A stretch of 63,659 bases of DNA, filler included, from Neolecta irregularis DAH-3 (taxonomy: Eukaryota), in the NCBI GenBank assembly GCA_001929475.1. It is 5 parts of 5 records of this genome, joined end to end, with 100 filler letters (N's around TTAATTAATTAA, not from the genome) between each part and the next. Parts side by side here need not be neighbours in the genome. Positions count along the whole stretch, not along the records: positions 1 to 30,037 come from LXFE01000172.1; 4 more parts are not named here. The stretch is one strand, 5' to 3'. Numbering within the stretch: position 1 is the stretch's first letter; each line of letters begins with the position of its first letter. A program made the position numbers and the translations under genes. Shown piece by piece: positions 10,476-23,127 of the stretch. Below the pieces are notes generated by a model. That model was not told the DNA's origin. It made no database searches and saw only the letters and a program-made list of their open reading frames with translations.

Positions 10476-13400
10476 CTAACGAACAGTAAAACCAGGAGAT
10501 TCGGGCGATATAACACGACGAGCAGAACTTTCTTGGTTGACAGCAAAAGCTTGAGCGGCATCAGTATTAACTCGCTGCGGCGCTACCGACCGAGATTTAT
10601 TCCGCCCAGAGAATCCAGTAGGCCCTTCTGATACTTCGCTTCCACTTCCGTTCGTTTGGTGAATCACATCCTCGTAGCGCTTGAGAATATCTTTTGTAGT
10701 CAATTCGGCAGATCCCGCAAACAGACTCGAGTCTTGCATTATGGAAACGAGGTCACTGGGAACCTAGCTATTAATACAAGTTTACTTTTTATACGGACCA
10801 TAGAGAACTCTTCAATGTTTAGCATAATGGTATGGACAGCCTCAATAGCGAGAAATGGTTCATCAGCCGGACCATCGTTGTTCTTACGACAAAGGACATT
10901 CGGGGCAATCACAGTAGCAAGATTGTGAGCATCCATCTTGCTTCCGGATTCCTCATCAACATGCGAGAATGAAGCAACCCATTTTAAGAACCAAAACACC
11001 ACTTCCATGCTCTCTCGATGAGACTTTGGCATAAGCAAGCAGGTCAAATGGAGCAGCCTTTGACGAGTTTCTTCATCGTCGATACCTACAAATCAGTACT
11101 CTAGAATTAAAATTGTTCTTTCTTACGCTGAGTTGTAACAAACAGTTGGAAGAGTTTTGAGGTAAGTAGAGGATCAGGTAAATCACGAAGAAACTTTTTG
11201 AGCAACGCAGCGAGTTGGACTGGACTTTCCTCATTCAAATTTATCTGAGAGCCCTTATCAAGCGTTTCACTAAGTTTCTTTAGCCTTCGGATGTTGCCAT
11301 TTTTCCTAAAGACCCCCTCCACAGACATATCTGCACATCAGACCCTATGACAAGTAAAATAAATATACCCATCTGTTTCATTGCTGAGATGGCATCGTCA
11401 ATGAACGCTGGTATCCGTAATGTACCAGGACCGGCTCCCAGCATCGATTCAGCACCTGCCTTCTCTACAAGAACCTCCAAAGGAACTCCAAACACACCTA
11501 GCATCCCTTAGCTCAGATTAATTTTGACCGTCTTACCCTTTTTCTTTTTGTCTCCCCCGTTTTTCTGAAAAGCTTTGCCAAATTTTCCCCAAAATGTCTG
11601 TTTTCGATTTTCAATCAGACCAAGTAAATCCTCAAGACTAAGGTAATCTTTCAATAAAGGTTGCATTGACAACACTGCGATATGTTGCACGATAAAATAT
11701 TCCAAGGCTGATAATTCTGAGATATGTGGCCTGGCAGGCCGCGTCGATGACTGTGTACCATTGCATTGTGTTCTACCATCAACCAGGCGTGGATTGTTTG
11801 GTCCAGAGAGTTTACTGTTGACGCGTTTATGCTGATATGCATTCGGTCGTTGTTCTCTGGCTTGTTCAGCAGCAACAATTCTGGGAATGTCGTCTAGGGT
11901 CAATGTTTTCTCATCTCCAAAGGTCAACTCGGCGGAATCGAGATCTTTATCTTCAATGATGCGAAATGTAGATAATCGGTTTTGGTCATAAGGATGAACC
12001 TCAGAGGATAGTTTGGGTGAGGGAGACGAGGATCGTACGGTTTCTGCCTGATTTGCTACGGGACCATCAATAATCCTCGACTGCCTGGGAACTTTCTGTG
12101 ATGTCGATAATTTGTGCTGTAGCTTTCCGGAGCGTAAAATTTGAAAATCTCGAACAGTACTATCATATAGCTTGGGGGTGTTGGAATACGATACTGACCG
12201 ATGTAAAACAGGTGGGTTAGTCGAGTTGGTTTTGTTGTATCCATCAAGACTTAGGTCATCTAAACCATCAGAGTTCTTGTAACGGAAAGAATCTACCAGA
12301 AGTACGGGGCACGGCACCAATTTCTCGAAGAAGATGATGTAACCGACCCAGTCCAATTCTCAGCAGAAATATGAACTGACTTAGTTTTGTGATGTATATA
12401 AAGCCTTTGAGGGAATCCGAAGTAGAGCAAGTCAGACATTGGATTTCAAGCTGATCTTCTGACCATTTAGCATCACTGTACTGACGTCGAAGATCCTTGT
12501 CACATTTCGCGCATTTGACACAAGGTAGATGCCATCTACGCTCCCCAAATCGAACGCAATCCTCCTCAATACATTTTCCACATCCAACACACGAATCAAA
12601 CTTCATATCGGAGACAGTTGTTCGAGATGACGAGGAAGAATCAACGTGTCGCGATGAATGCGGATTGCCCAGAGACTTGTCCAGTAACGACAATTGATTC
12701 AGTAGTCCTTTGACAGCTGTAGGATTTCCATCACGTTCCTAGAAAATTAGATACAGGGGCTATAATCATGTTCACCAGCTTCAATGCCCCAGTCAACGAA
12801 ATCCTGATCAGTATCTTGAGGTAATGGGCAAGTCCAGTTACCAGTGAAAGAAGTTCTTGGGTAATTCCGAGGCGTCTCACGCCAGTTTCCTTAATTCTCG
12901 AGATAAGGGAGAAGAATGAGACAATTTTCTTGCATAGCAGCTTCGCCTCTCTCGAATGGGGTAAGGCTATCCAAGTATCAGCGCATGTTCCATGGAAGAG
13001 CTAAGAATAACAAAGAAACTTACATCTCCCGCTAGATTGCGTTAACATAATTTCAAGTTCATCAATGGCCCGAAAAAGAAGTTCTATGTGTGAAATAAAT
13101 CGATCAGCGACAATAACTCCTTCAAAATATGCGCCATTGGATATATTCAGTAGTAGGTCACTGATACAAGCTGCCGAAGACTCCTCAAAAGCTGATAATA
13201 CGGTCCATATCCGAAATACTCGGTCTTCCATAGCCTTTTCCCGTTCGCTTACTTCTTCTGGAGTTTCAGTCTTTTGGGTAGGGACCACAGACTCGTGACT
13301 GAGACAACTGAGTCGCACATTCCAGAACTAGCACGTCAGCAGGAAGATATGAATGAATACAATTGCCTTGTGAATCATGTAACATTCTGGGTGCCACTGT

Positions 13401-14185
13401 TGGTTCTCGCCGTTACGAAAGATCTCAACAAATTGTTTCAAGATCGATGCATTACAGCCATGACAAAGGACCGCAAATCGAGTGGAATAGTGAAAATGAC
13501 AGTACACCTGACCATCATGCTCATAGTAAGAGTCTTGGGGCCCAAAAAGGGTTACACATAATGAGCAGGTGAAGTGCTCAATATGGTATTTCTTATCTAG
13601 CGCCGTGATGTACGACCCTCGTAATGCCCCACCACAGGTTGCGCATAATAAGTCTAACCGTCGAAAGTAATCTGTCTCGCACAGAGGATATTGTTTATTT
13701 CCATCTGGATAGTCGACTGGGAAGAATTTTGAGGCCACTATTGACTGGCAATCCTACATTATTTAGACTCGCAAAGCCGTAAAGCGACATACGTGACATT
13801 TAAAGCAATCTAAATGATATATGCCGCCCAAGGCACGGACAAATTGCCCGGTCATTGGTTGATCACATGTTTGACAAATTTTGGGTGAGTGATGTCGTTT
13901 TCGATGAGAAGGTGGATTAGAAGAGGCATTTGTGGGAAGATTCGCGCCATGTTGTTTTGAGGAAAGTATGGAGTGTGGAAGAGAATAAGGGGGATTGATA
14001 TCACTGGGTATCTGCGATTCCGATTCGGAGGATGTAGGGGTTCGATCTTCCTTGCTAGAGGCGATACTGGCTCCTCCAGTCGTTAGGCGAATCGAAGGAG
14101 CAATCGCTCTTTCATTCCGATACGCGGATGAAGCGACGCTCGATTTTTTGGCGAGGGCCGAAGATGGCGAGGTGTTTGTGCTCAT
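10476..14185 (-). CDS. LRG1: LIM-domain Rho GTPase-activating protein (Lrg1 / S. pombe Rga1-like)
   Basis: Several LIM domains (CQTC..YHLDCFKC; YHIEHFTC) plus a RhoGAP domain (EGVFRKNGNIRRL, SKMDAHNLATV). Confidence 0.93.
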
Positions 14186-14830
14186 GTTATGAATTTTTTC
14201 TCGACCAAAAAGGCTCAGAAGGGAAGTAGAAGTGGCTTCCATACAGCTCTTAGCAAGATACTTCAAGTCTGCTGTTCATGTCCAGGCTTGAATTGGCTGT
14301 ATAAGAAAATAAATGGGGATTCTGGTTCTAGGAGCAGGGGGGTTGAACAAAACTATGTTTGTGTCCGCGGGAAGAAAGATCAACAAAGCAACAATGAGCG
14401 ACGCGAGAACACAGACAATGCGACAATTGAAGGGCGCCTCAGTGTCTGTATAGACGTCGATCTAAATGGGTTGTTCAAGGTGAATAGTCAACGAATGCAG
14501 TTGGTTGGTGGTGATTTAACAAGACTTTTGAACCTCCTCCAGTCAAGTCTGGCCCAGTCTGTGTTATGTTGTGGAGATACCACCACTAACCACCAATTTT
14601 GCTTTTTGACTTGACGGTGCGGGATAATTCTTTGCATATATCTTGTGCTTTATGTGTTTTCAGAGTGCCGGAGAACCGCCTCATTAGTGAAATTTCCTCT
14701 TTGGCTGCCAGCCACATATATAGCAGGTGACTATCAAGGTCTCATTTTTCAAAGCATTCTGTGAGAATACTTCCCATCCGAGAATATATCCACCAAAGAC
14801 AACACAGCCAGAGCCAGTGAGTCCAATTTA

Positions 14831-16845
14831 ATGCGCATGTCATTGGAGCTTGAGTCTGTGCATCCAGATGCACAAAAGTTTCTCAATCCCGGTAAACACT
14901 CCAATTTTCGAAAAAGAGGAAGTCCTTCCCCGAGAGAAGATCTTCCCCATGACTCAGAAGATATTAGTATCAGTAGACTACAAAGAAGGCTGAAAGCCAG
15001 ACACCTGTATGCCTCTTCTTTATATCTTCAACTAATTTAGACAAATGATCGCTCTTGGCGGAACAATAGGAACGGTACCACTAAAACTTCAGTTTACCCG
15101 CTAAATATCGAGGGGTTGTTCATCGGTTCCGGGATTGCGCTGGCACGAGGTGGACCTGTTGGTATAGCATTTGAAGTTTATCTAATCTGACAATGGAGGA
15201 AGCTTGATAGGCTTCGCTTTCATTGGAACAATCGTTTATTCAATTATGATGTCCTTGGGTGCTCATCCGTTAATTCAAAGACCATCATCCTAATAAAGTT
15301 AGGTGAAATGGCCGCATTTATTCCAGTTTCTGGGTCATTTTGCACTTATACTATCCGCTTTGTCGACCCAGCGGCTGGGTTCGCTATGGGTTATGTTTAT
15401 TGGTATGATGTCTGTTCATCACAATTCTAATTTTCAAGGTTTTCCTGGGCTGTAACTTTTGCTCTTGAAATTACAGCAGCAGCCCTTATTATTCAGTATT
15501 GGACAACAGCAGTACCTAACTGGATACTAATCACAATCTTCTGGATCGTGATATCGGCCGTGAACTTCTTCTCGGTCTCAATATACGGCGAGGTCGAGTT
15601 TTGGATATCTTCAGTCAAAGTTGCCACGATAGTCGGATTTATTGTATTAGGTCTATGTTTAACATGCGGTGCAGGAAAAGATGGGTTTGTCGGGTTTAGA
15701 TACTGGAATGATCCTGGTCCTTTTGCTTACTATCTCGTTAATCATAAACCGGTAGGGAAGTTTATGGGGTTCTATGCCGTCCTTATTCAAGGTAATGGCT
15801 GTTACCCTTCTTTAATTTGCTCAACTCCTAGCTCTCTTCTCATATCAAGGCACAGAGCTCGTAGGTGTCGCGGCAGGAGAATCAGAAAACCCAACGCGTA
15901 ATGTACCAATAGCCATTCGTCGCACCTTTTGGCGAATTGTCTGTTTCTTCGTTCTATCAATCCTCTTTATCGGTCTTTTAGTCCCATCAAACAATCTTCA
16001 ACTTTTCGGAGAAGGAATGAACGCTTCTTACAGTCCATTCGTCATTGCGATCAACATGGCTGGTATCAAAGTTCTGCCGGATATTATGAACGGCGTCATT
16101 TTACTGGTTGTATTATCAGCCGGCAATTCAGACGTTTATTCCGGCAGTAGAATTCTTCTCGGTTTGGCGAATGAAGGTCTAGGTCCTCGAATATTGTGTC
16201 GCGTGAATAGACAAGGCGTACCATACGTGAGCGTTGCGGTGACGGTGGCATTTGGCGCATTGGCTTTTCTCAATGTGTCCGAGCATGGCGGTCGAGTATT
16301 CTTATGGTTATTGCATATTATTGCTGTAGCTGGTTCGATTTGTTGGGCTTTCATTAGTGTATGTCACCCTTGAGGAATCTCCGGTTCTTATTAAGTAGCT
16401 CTCACACATCCGTTTCATGAAAGCATTGAAAGCTCAAAACATTTCTCGAGACGCGCTACCTTTCAAAGCCCCGTGGCAGCCATGGTTTTCTTGGTATGGA
16501 TTTATCAGTGTCATATTCATCCTTATAACCCAAGGCTTTGATGTTTTTTTTCAATTGTATAGCCTCCCTCTTGTTAGATTACTGACTTCAAGCACCCCTG
16601 CCCATTTCTTTGCGGATTACTTATCCATTATTCTCTTCTTCGTGCTAGCCATAGGCTATAAATTGATAAAAAGATCTGAATGGGTTAATCTGGATTATGC
16701 AGATTTGTATACTGGGAGAAAAGATGCTGAGACTATAGTATGGTCTCCTCCAGAGCCCAAAAATATTTGTAAGTTACTTTTATTTCATTTCATCCTCCTA
16801 TTCTGACATGAGATAGGGGAACAAGTCTGGGCCAAGATTTCCTAA
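14831..16845 (+). CDS. APC-family (YAT) amino-acid permease
   Basis: LKARHLQMIALGGTIGTGLF, YGEVEFW, GFRYWNDPG and GTELVGVAAGE motifs; 9 introns. Confidence 0.95.
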
Positions 16846-16932
16846 TCACCGCCTTCAAAGACTTTTATGACGGGGTTTGATTCCATCGCCGTCCATAATC
16901 TAATCGTTTCACTCCATGTATTAATGAAAATA

Positions 16933-18141
16933 TTATTCAGGCTTCTCTGTCTCTTCTTGCTGAGCAAGTTTCATATCTAACTCAGCTTGAAGCTTGTTGA
17001 CAACATCCATAAACCGAGTCCGCAAGATTGGGTTTGTAGCGTTTTCTGCGTCTCGCCGCTTAAGCGTTATTGTTGCTTGCAATTCTAAAATTTCTTCCTG
17101 AAGAAGTCGTTTCTGTTGACTCTTTTCTCTTGACTCATCGTCCAAGTCTTCCTCTTCATCCTCCTCGGAACTCTCGCTGCTTTCATCTGATTGCACATTT
17201 GTAAGTACGTTCTTGAGATTTTTGGGATCGACTTCCATCATTGATTGTTCAATCTGGCCTGCGAGGAAGTCGTCGTCGTCTCCGTCATCATCGACTTCCA
17301 TATCATCGCCTCCTCCAAACCATGGAGAACCAATATCAGATGGAACTGCTGAGCCCTCACGAGCCAAAACATGAGGATCAAGGACTTCAAAAGAAGTATA
17401 TTCAGCTTCAGCGTCCAGTTTTAATAATCGATCAACTTCCGCTTCAACAACTTCAATAGTCTAGGTTAATTAAGAACTGAACTCTGCGCAAGCGAATACC
17501 CTATTTGAAACACGCTTTCGAAATCTTCGTTTGCGAACGTGACGTAAAGGAGGGGTGATCCCATGAGGATAAATATGATCTGAAGATTTTAAAGGTAGAG
17601 CCAAGACTGTGTCTTCATGCTCAATCCGATCGCCAACAAGCAACATCTGTTCCTTTAGGTATGATTCCTATCGAAGGGTGCACCTGGCTGATGTCGGCCG
17701 TTTTGTAAAAGTTCTTTTTGTCAAACGTCTTATTGGATTCAATGATGCAAGGAAGATCGACCAGTTTTGCAGCGTACACGTGTCCTCGGATAGATACCAC
17801 TGCTCTCCTCATATCTTGCTTCATATCAATAGAGGTTCATGCTGCAAAGTACCTTTGAACTTGATCCATACATCTGCGCCGTCTCCGATTTGCTTCGTCT
17901 CAATAGCCTGTCTCAGATACTCGCAGTCTGCACCAGGCTTCATCCTCAGGATAAACTCTGATTCTATCATGGGATCCTCTTCTCTGTCCGAAGCTTCTGA
18001 ATCATAACCGTTTCCGTGTTCTTTCTTGCGCAGCCTGATCTTTGCATTTCCTGACTTCACCTTGATCTTTGGAAGGGTAGCAGAGATTGCAGGCGAATTT
18101 TGACCGCTGCTCCCGCCAGAAACATTTAATTTGATCTTCAT
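16933..18141 (-). CDS. TAF7: TFIID subunit 7
   Basis: IESEFILRM, AKLVDLPCIIESNKT, YKTADISQML and PHGITPPLRHVRKRRF motifs. Confidence 0.95.
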
Positions 18142-18282
18142 ATGATTTCGAGGTGGTTATTTGGAGTTTTGGAATACTTTTGTTGCGTTTTGCCACATTT
18201 CCGTTTGTGGCAAGCTCCGAATCTAACCCCAGAATTTCATTGAGTGGAGATGACATCCGCCTAAGTCAACAAAACGAGAGAA

Positions 18283-21200
18283 ATGCCTCCAATTACAGGC
18301 ACTATATACGACTTGGACCCGAAGATACAGAAACTTCTTACAGTCGACTACTTTTCCGTGCTTGCAGTTGCTTGTTTGATATTAACGCCAAAGTCCTCAA
18401 GTTTCTCGGTCGAAGACTTTGTCGAAGCCCTGAGTTCCACCAATAACAATGCCTCGGAACGATCCAGCGGGGGTGAGTGCCTTTAGTAGCCAGTATGCTG
18501 AGCTTGTAGCCTTCGATCCGAAACCATATATTCGAACTTTCGAATTAGCTATCGATAAACTCAAGGGACTTAAAACAGAGATTTCTCGCCAGACCGAGGG
18601 AATGCGGAAAAGCACAAAACGAACGGAACAACTTCATAATCAAAAGATCCGACAAATAGGCCAAAATTTTCACGTATTGTAATTTACTTGTATTCAAAAT
18701 AATGTATATCAGGATTTAGTATCATCTTTTGAAGGTCTCGAGAGAAGGATAAATGAGGTGGGAAATACTGCAATTCGAATTGGTGGATTCATATATTCTG
18801 GAAATGTCTGTTTACATTTAAAGGTGAACAACTCGAACAAGTCGATAAACAACAACAACGAGCTAGCGAAGGAGAATTTCTGGTCGCATCATACCTCGAC
18901 TTTCGGCAAGGAGACTCCTCAAAATTGGAGGCTTTGCGGCGAGAAAAATCCCACGAAGCGAAAGCTCGTTGTGCCATGTTCACTCGTAGATTATTAGCGA
19001 TCTGCAAGGATGTCAATCTTGAAGGTGCAGAGGCTACTAGAGAACACGTTGAGAAGTTCTCTGAAGTTGTTGAAAAAGATCTCCTCAAACAGTTTGATAA
19101 AGCTTATAGGCATGGCGATTTTACAGGCATGTCGGTACTTGTCAGCTCATCAACTGCAACTGAAAAGACAGAACTATGCCAAAATCTTACATGATTTTAA
19201 TGGTGGCTCATCGGTAATTCAAGTGTTCGTCAATCAGCACGATTTCTTCATTGCTCGAGAGAAATTGAACATTCAAGAGATCGGCAACCAAGATGACATG
19301 TATGATTGCTGCATAATTGTCCATATTCACATCAACAGTTGGCAGATTCTGCCAGATCCTGACGCTAAACCTCCAGGAATCGAAAGCGGATTAAAGGCTT
19401 TATTCGCAGAGGTTAGAGCAACCGTTGAAACTGAGATGAAGATCATCCAAGACGTCTTTCCTGAACCTGCTATCGTCATGCAAGTATTTCTTCAGAGAGT
19501 TTTCGCGCAACCAGTATGTGCTTGATATTTGTTTCACTGTTCCAACTTTAAGATTCAATTGCGTCTTGAATCAGTTCTCAAACACGCCGAGAAGATTTCA
19601 AACCTTGCTTACCTTCGAACTTTACAGTCGACTCATTTGGCTTTAGTCAGTCTAGTTGATGACCTAAAGATGTTTGATATGACACACGTTCTTCGCGTGG
19701 GAGACCTCGCAACATCAAATATCGTCCAAGTTCTCGATCAAAATCTTGAAGATCTTTTTGTTCCCTACCTCGAAGGTAACAGATACCGAGACCGAGAACG
19801 AAAGAGTATTCAAGAACTTTATGTCTCTTTTCTCTTCAAGTTCAGCGCATATCACGTACCTATTTGTCATGAGTCGGTTAACTTCTAGACCCAAAGGAAA
19901 GCGAATAAGGGCACCACTATGTTTGACAGGTTTGTTCATCAATGGCAATCTCCGGTCCAATCTGCGACCAAAGATCGTGCTTCGGATAATCCCGAGGGGA
20001 GAATTAACTACCTCTTTCGTATTGCAGGGATTGATCGTGCAAATTCCCTTAAAGATAAGAAAGACCATCACCGCGAAAGTATACAACCTGAGCTTATCAT
20101 TACCGCCGAAGACGGGCAACTCTCCGTAGAATCAGCAACGAGAATGCTGCGGTGGCATGCAGAAGCTATTGGTAGAGCAGTGGAATTGGTATCTACCTCA
20201 GATGCGTAAGACATAGTTGTCATTTACTGTCTCTAATCAGTAGTCAAAGCGCCAAAAATATGAGCTTTTTGCTAGATGTTTTGCTAGAAAATATCGGGGA
20301 GGAGTATGTCGATGTTGCTCTCGACTCGTACACTTGGTATTGCTATAATCACTCATTCATTAGGGCATATGATACTGCATCCACCTTGGATACAAAGTTA
20401 GAACCAGATTTCGGCTATTTCGTCAATGTCGGGAACGCGCTTACAATAATGCATCTAGTTTATTCATATTGTCAAATTGCATTATTACCACTGGCAGGTC
20501 CATCATTGACTTTACGACGCGAAATGGTAATGTCAATACAGAAAAGTATGACCAGGTTTGAAGGAAAAGTCAATTTGATCATGCAGAAGACAATAGAATG
20601 TGAACTTCCTCTTGCTGACGTTCCTAACCATAAGCTGCTCTCAATTGGCTTTCAATTCTTCTTTCACGGCAAAAAAGAAATGACTTCAAGCCGAAAGACG
20701 ATGACGAAGCATTGATTAATCTCCAGACCATGGTTCCCCATTAACGCTCATGCGCAGTTCTCTGATTTTATAGCCCTGTCAGACTGTTGTTGCATTCCTC
20801 GGAAAAATACACAGTATGGCGAATCAAACCCTAGAAGAAGAAACATGGGAAAACTTTTTGACTGAAATGGGCATCGGATTTCACAGTCTCTTGCTCGAAC
20901 ATTTCAAAAAGTTCACTGTCAATTATGCCGGTGCAATTATCTTAACGAAGTAAGGATCTCCTTTTGAATGAATGGACTAATTTAAGGGATATAACGTTTT
21001 ACGAAGAAGCAATTGCTCTGTGGAAATTACCAGCCCTTGACGAGCGGATGGTGTTTTTACGGGAACTGGGCAATGTTTTCGTTGTTCGGTAAAGAAGACA
21101 TCTTCTCACTTGCTGATTTAAAGGCCAGAGATCCTGCACACCCTGTTATTGGAAGGCGTGCTGACTCGTGTGAAACCTTCCTTCCTGTTACCTTACCTTT

Positions 21201-21345
21201 CCTGTCGTGTAGATTACTATGCCCAAGATATAGAGCGAATGGTGCGTCTCTTACAGCCTTGTCTCTGACATTAAGATCATTGAAATTATTTCCGAGAACG
21301 ATCGGGCAAGTTCACCTCAGTCTTCCTTCCGCCGAGATGCTCTAG
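18283..21345 (+). CDS. SEC10: Exocyst component Sec10
   Basis: FDPKPYIRTFE, VFVNQHDFF, VFLQRVFAQ, KKRNDFKPK and LLEHFKKF motifs; about 13 introns. Confidence 0.93.
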
Positions 21346-21547
21346 GGTGGAATAAACTTAAAGATCTCGGAGAACGTAAGATGGAAGGGTTAAAACTGGA
21401 AGGGTTAAAGCTGATGAGCGCACCGCTTACATTGAAAGCAAACAGCCATTAACATTCTGTGTATTAAACTTATTGCGCCATTTATATGTAACATAGAACT
21501 TGACTTTGCCAAACTCCTAGAATAAGCTTGCAAGAAAGGGCTTGAAA

Positions 21548-22677
21548 TCATTGTACTTTTTTCTGCGCTTGAATAGTTTGCTCTTCGTCGATCCACTTTA
21601 GCGTTCTCTTGATTCCTTCATCTAGAGAGACGAGAGGTTTATAACCTAGAATGTCTCTCGCTTTCGAGATATTGTAGTAACGACTTGCGCAGGCGAATTT
21701 GACCCTGAACCGTGTGAATCCAGCCTCTTTCCCTCTAAAATAACTCAACGCTTCTACCATAGCAGCAAGACCAATCCCAACGATACGTGGAAATCTGATG
21801 ATGTAAGGCGGACAATGGCCCAAATGCGCCCAAACAGCTAACGGAAAATCCCAGAAATAGATTGGTTCTCCATTAGTTATGAAGAATGCTTCTCCGGCAA
21901 CTTTGTCCACTGTCTGAGAATCAAGAAGCTTTTCAGCTGCAAGGATATGAGCATGTACTGCGTTTCCGACGTAAGTGAAATCGAACAAGTTGAGATTATC
22001 ACCGATCTGGAATTTTGTCTGGTTACTGTAGTAAACAGTGAGCATTCCAGGAATACACTGTCGGTCTCTTGGTCTATTGGGTTAGTCAATGTAAAATGAA
22101 TGTTATACCCAAAGATACCAGCAGGACGTAAAGCACATGTTCTCATGCCCTTGCGGTCATCAGCTTGCAATATCAACTTCTCAGCCTCTGCCTGGATATA
22201 AATTGATATTATTTCTGAGTCTAGACATACCTTTGATTCATTGTAACCATCCATATGAATCTTTGGAAAGGGAGCAGATTCATTGACATTGATCAAATCA
22301 TCACCGTCAAATACAATTCCAGCACTGCTCGTATACACTAAAGCCTGTATACCCTCCTCTTTTGATACCTCGATGATATTTCCGGTGCCCTCGACATTGA
22401 TTTTCATGTAAACATCGCGGGCTAGTCCATGTACAGGGCTTGCGGTGTGCAAAATAACGGTCGCATCCGAGGATTTTATTGCGGATCGCATGTCTTCTGA
22501 ATTGAGGAGATCCCCAGTGTAATAAGAAACATTTGGATATTTTGTATCTTCTCTGATTTTGAGATCGAATACGGCGACTTTGGGTGCTGGATTCAGGGCG
22601 ACGAGTTCGGCGACGATAGCAGAGCCAAGAAAGCCGGAACCTCCAATTACAAGGACAGACTTGAGAGGACAAGACAT
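21548..22677 (-). CDS. ERG26: C-3 sterol dehydrogenase/decarboxylase
   Basis: GGSGFLG, HTASP, YNESK, ALRPAGIFG and NLFDFTYVGN motifs. Confidence 0.96.
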
Positions 22678-23127
22678 TTTCTGATCAGGGGGAAATTGAG
22701 TTTGCGAATATGGAGCAGATAAGCCGCTTGATAGCAATGCGCTAGTCGCAATGTGGGTTGAAATCAACTTGACCCAATGTATACTAAAAACCTGGTGATT
22801 GCCTTTTGCCATAATCTATCTTTACAGGCCGAAAGGATTTTTGTACCAGAAATTCGTGAAATCGGCGACTTCTAAAGGAAGTTTAGCAGTCAGATCAAGC
22901 AGCCAACACAAGTGGTCTGTAGTCTCTGTACCATTATGGGCAAGTTATCCATATCGCATATCCAGTCGATGTATAAACTATAGAGTAAGCGCGTCTTCGA
23001 TAGGCAATGTCTCGTATGTGGACAAATCCTCATATCGAGGAGATTCTGGATCAACCACTGCACCATCCAGCTCCTCCCATTCTTTTGTAAGGAAAACACC
23101 AAAGACAACCTTTCTCAAATTTCAGTT

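Noticed and set aside
18142..18256. Upstream exon for TAF7 (MSSPLNEIL...)
   Set aside because: The candidate donor and acceptor phases do not join the TAF7 frame
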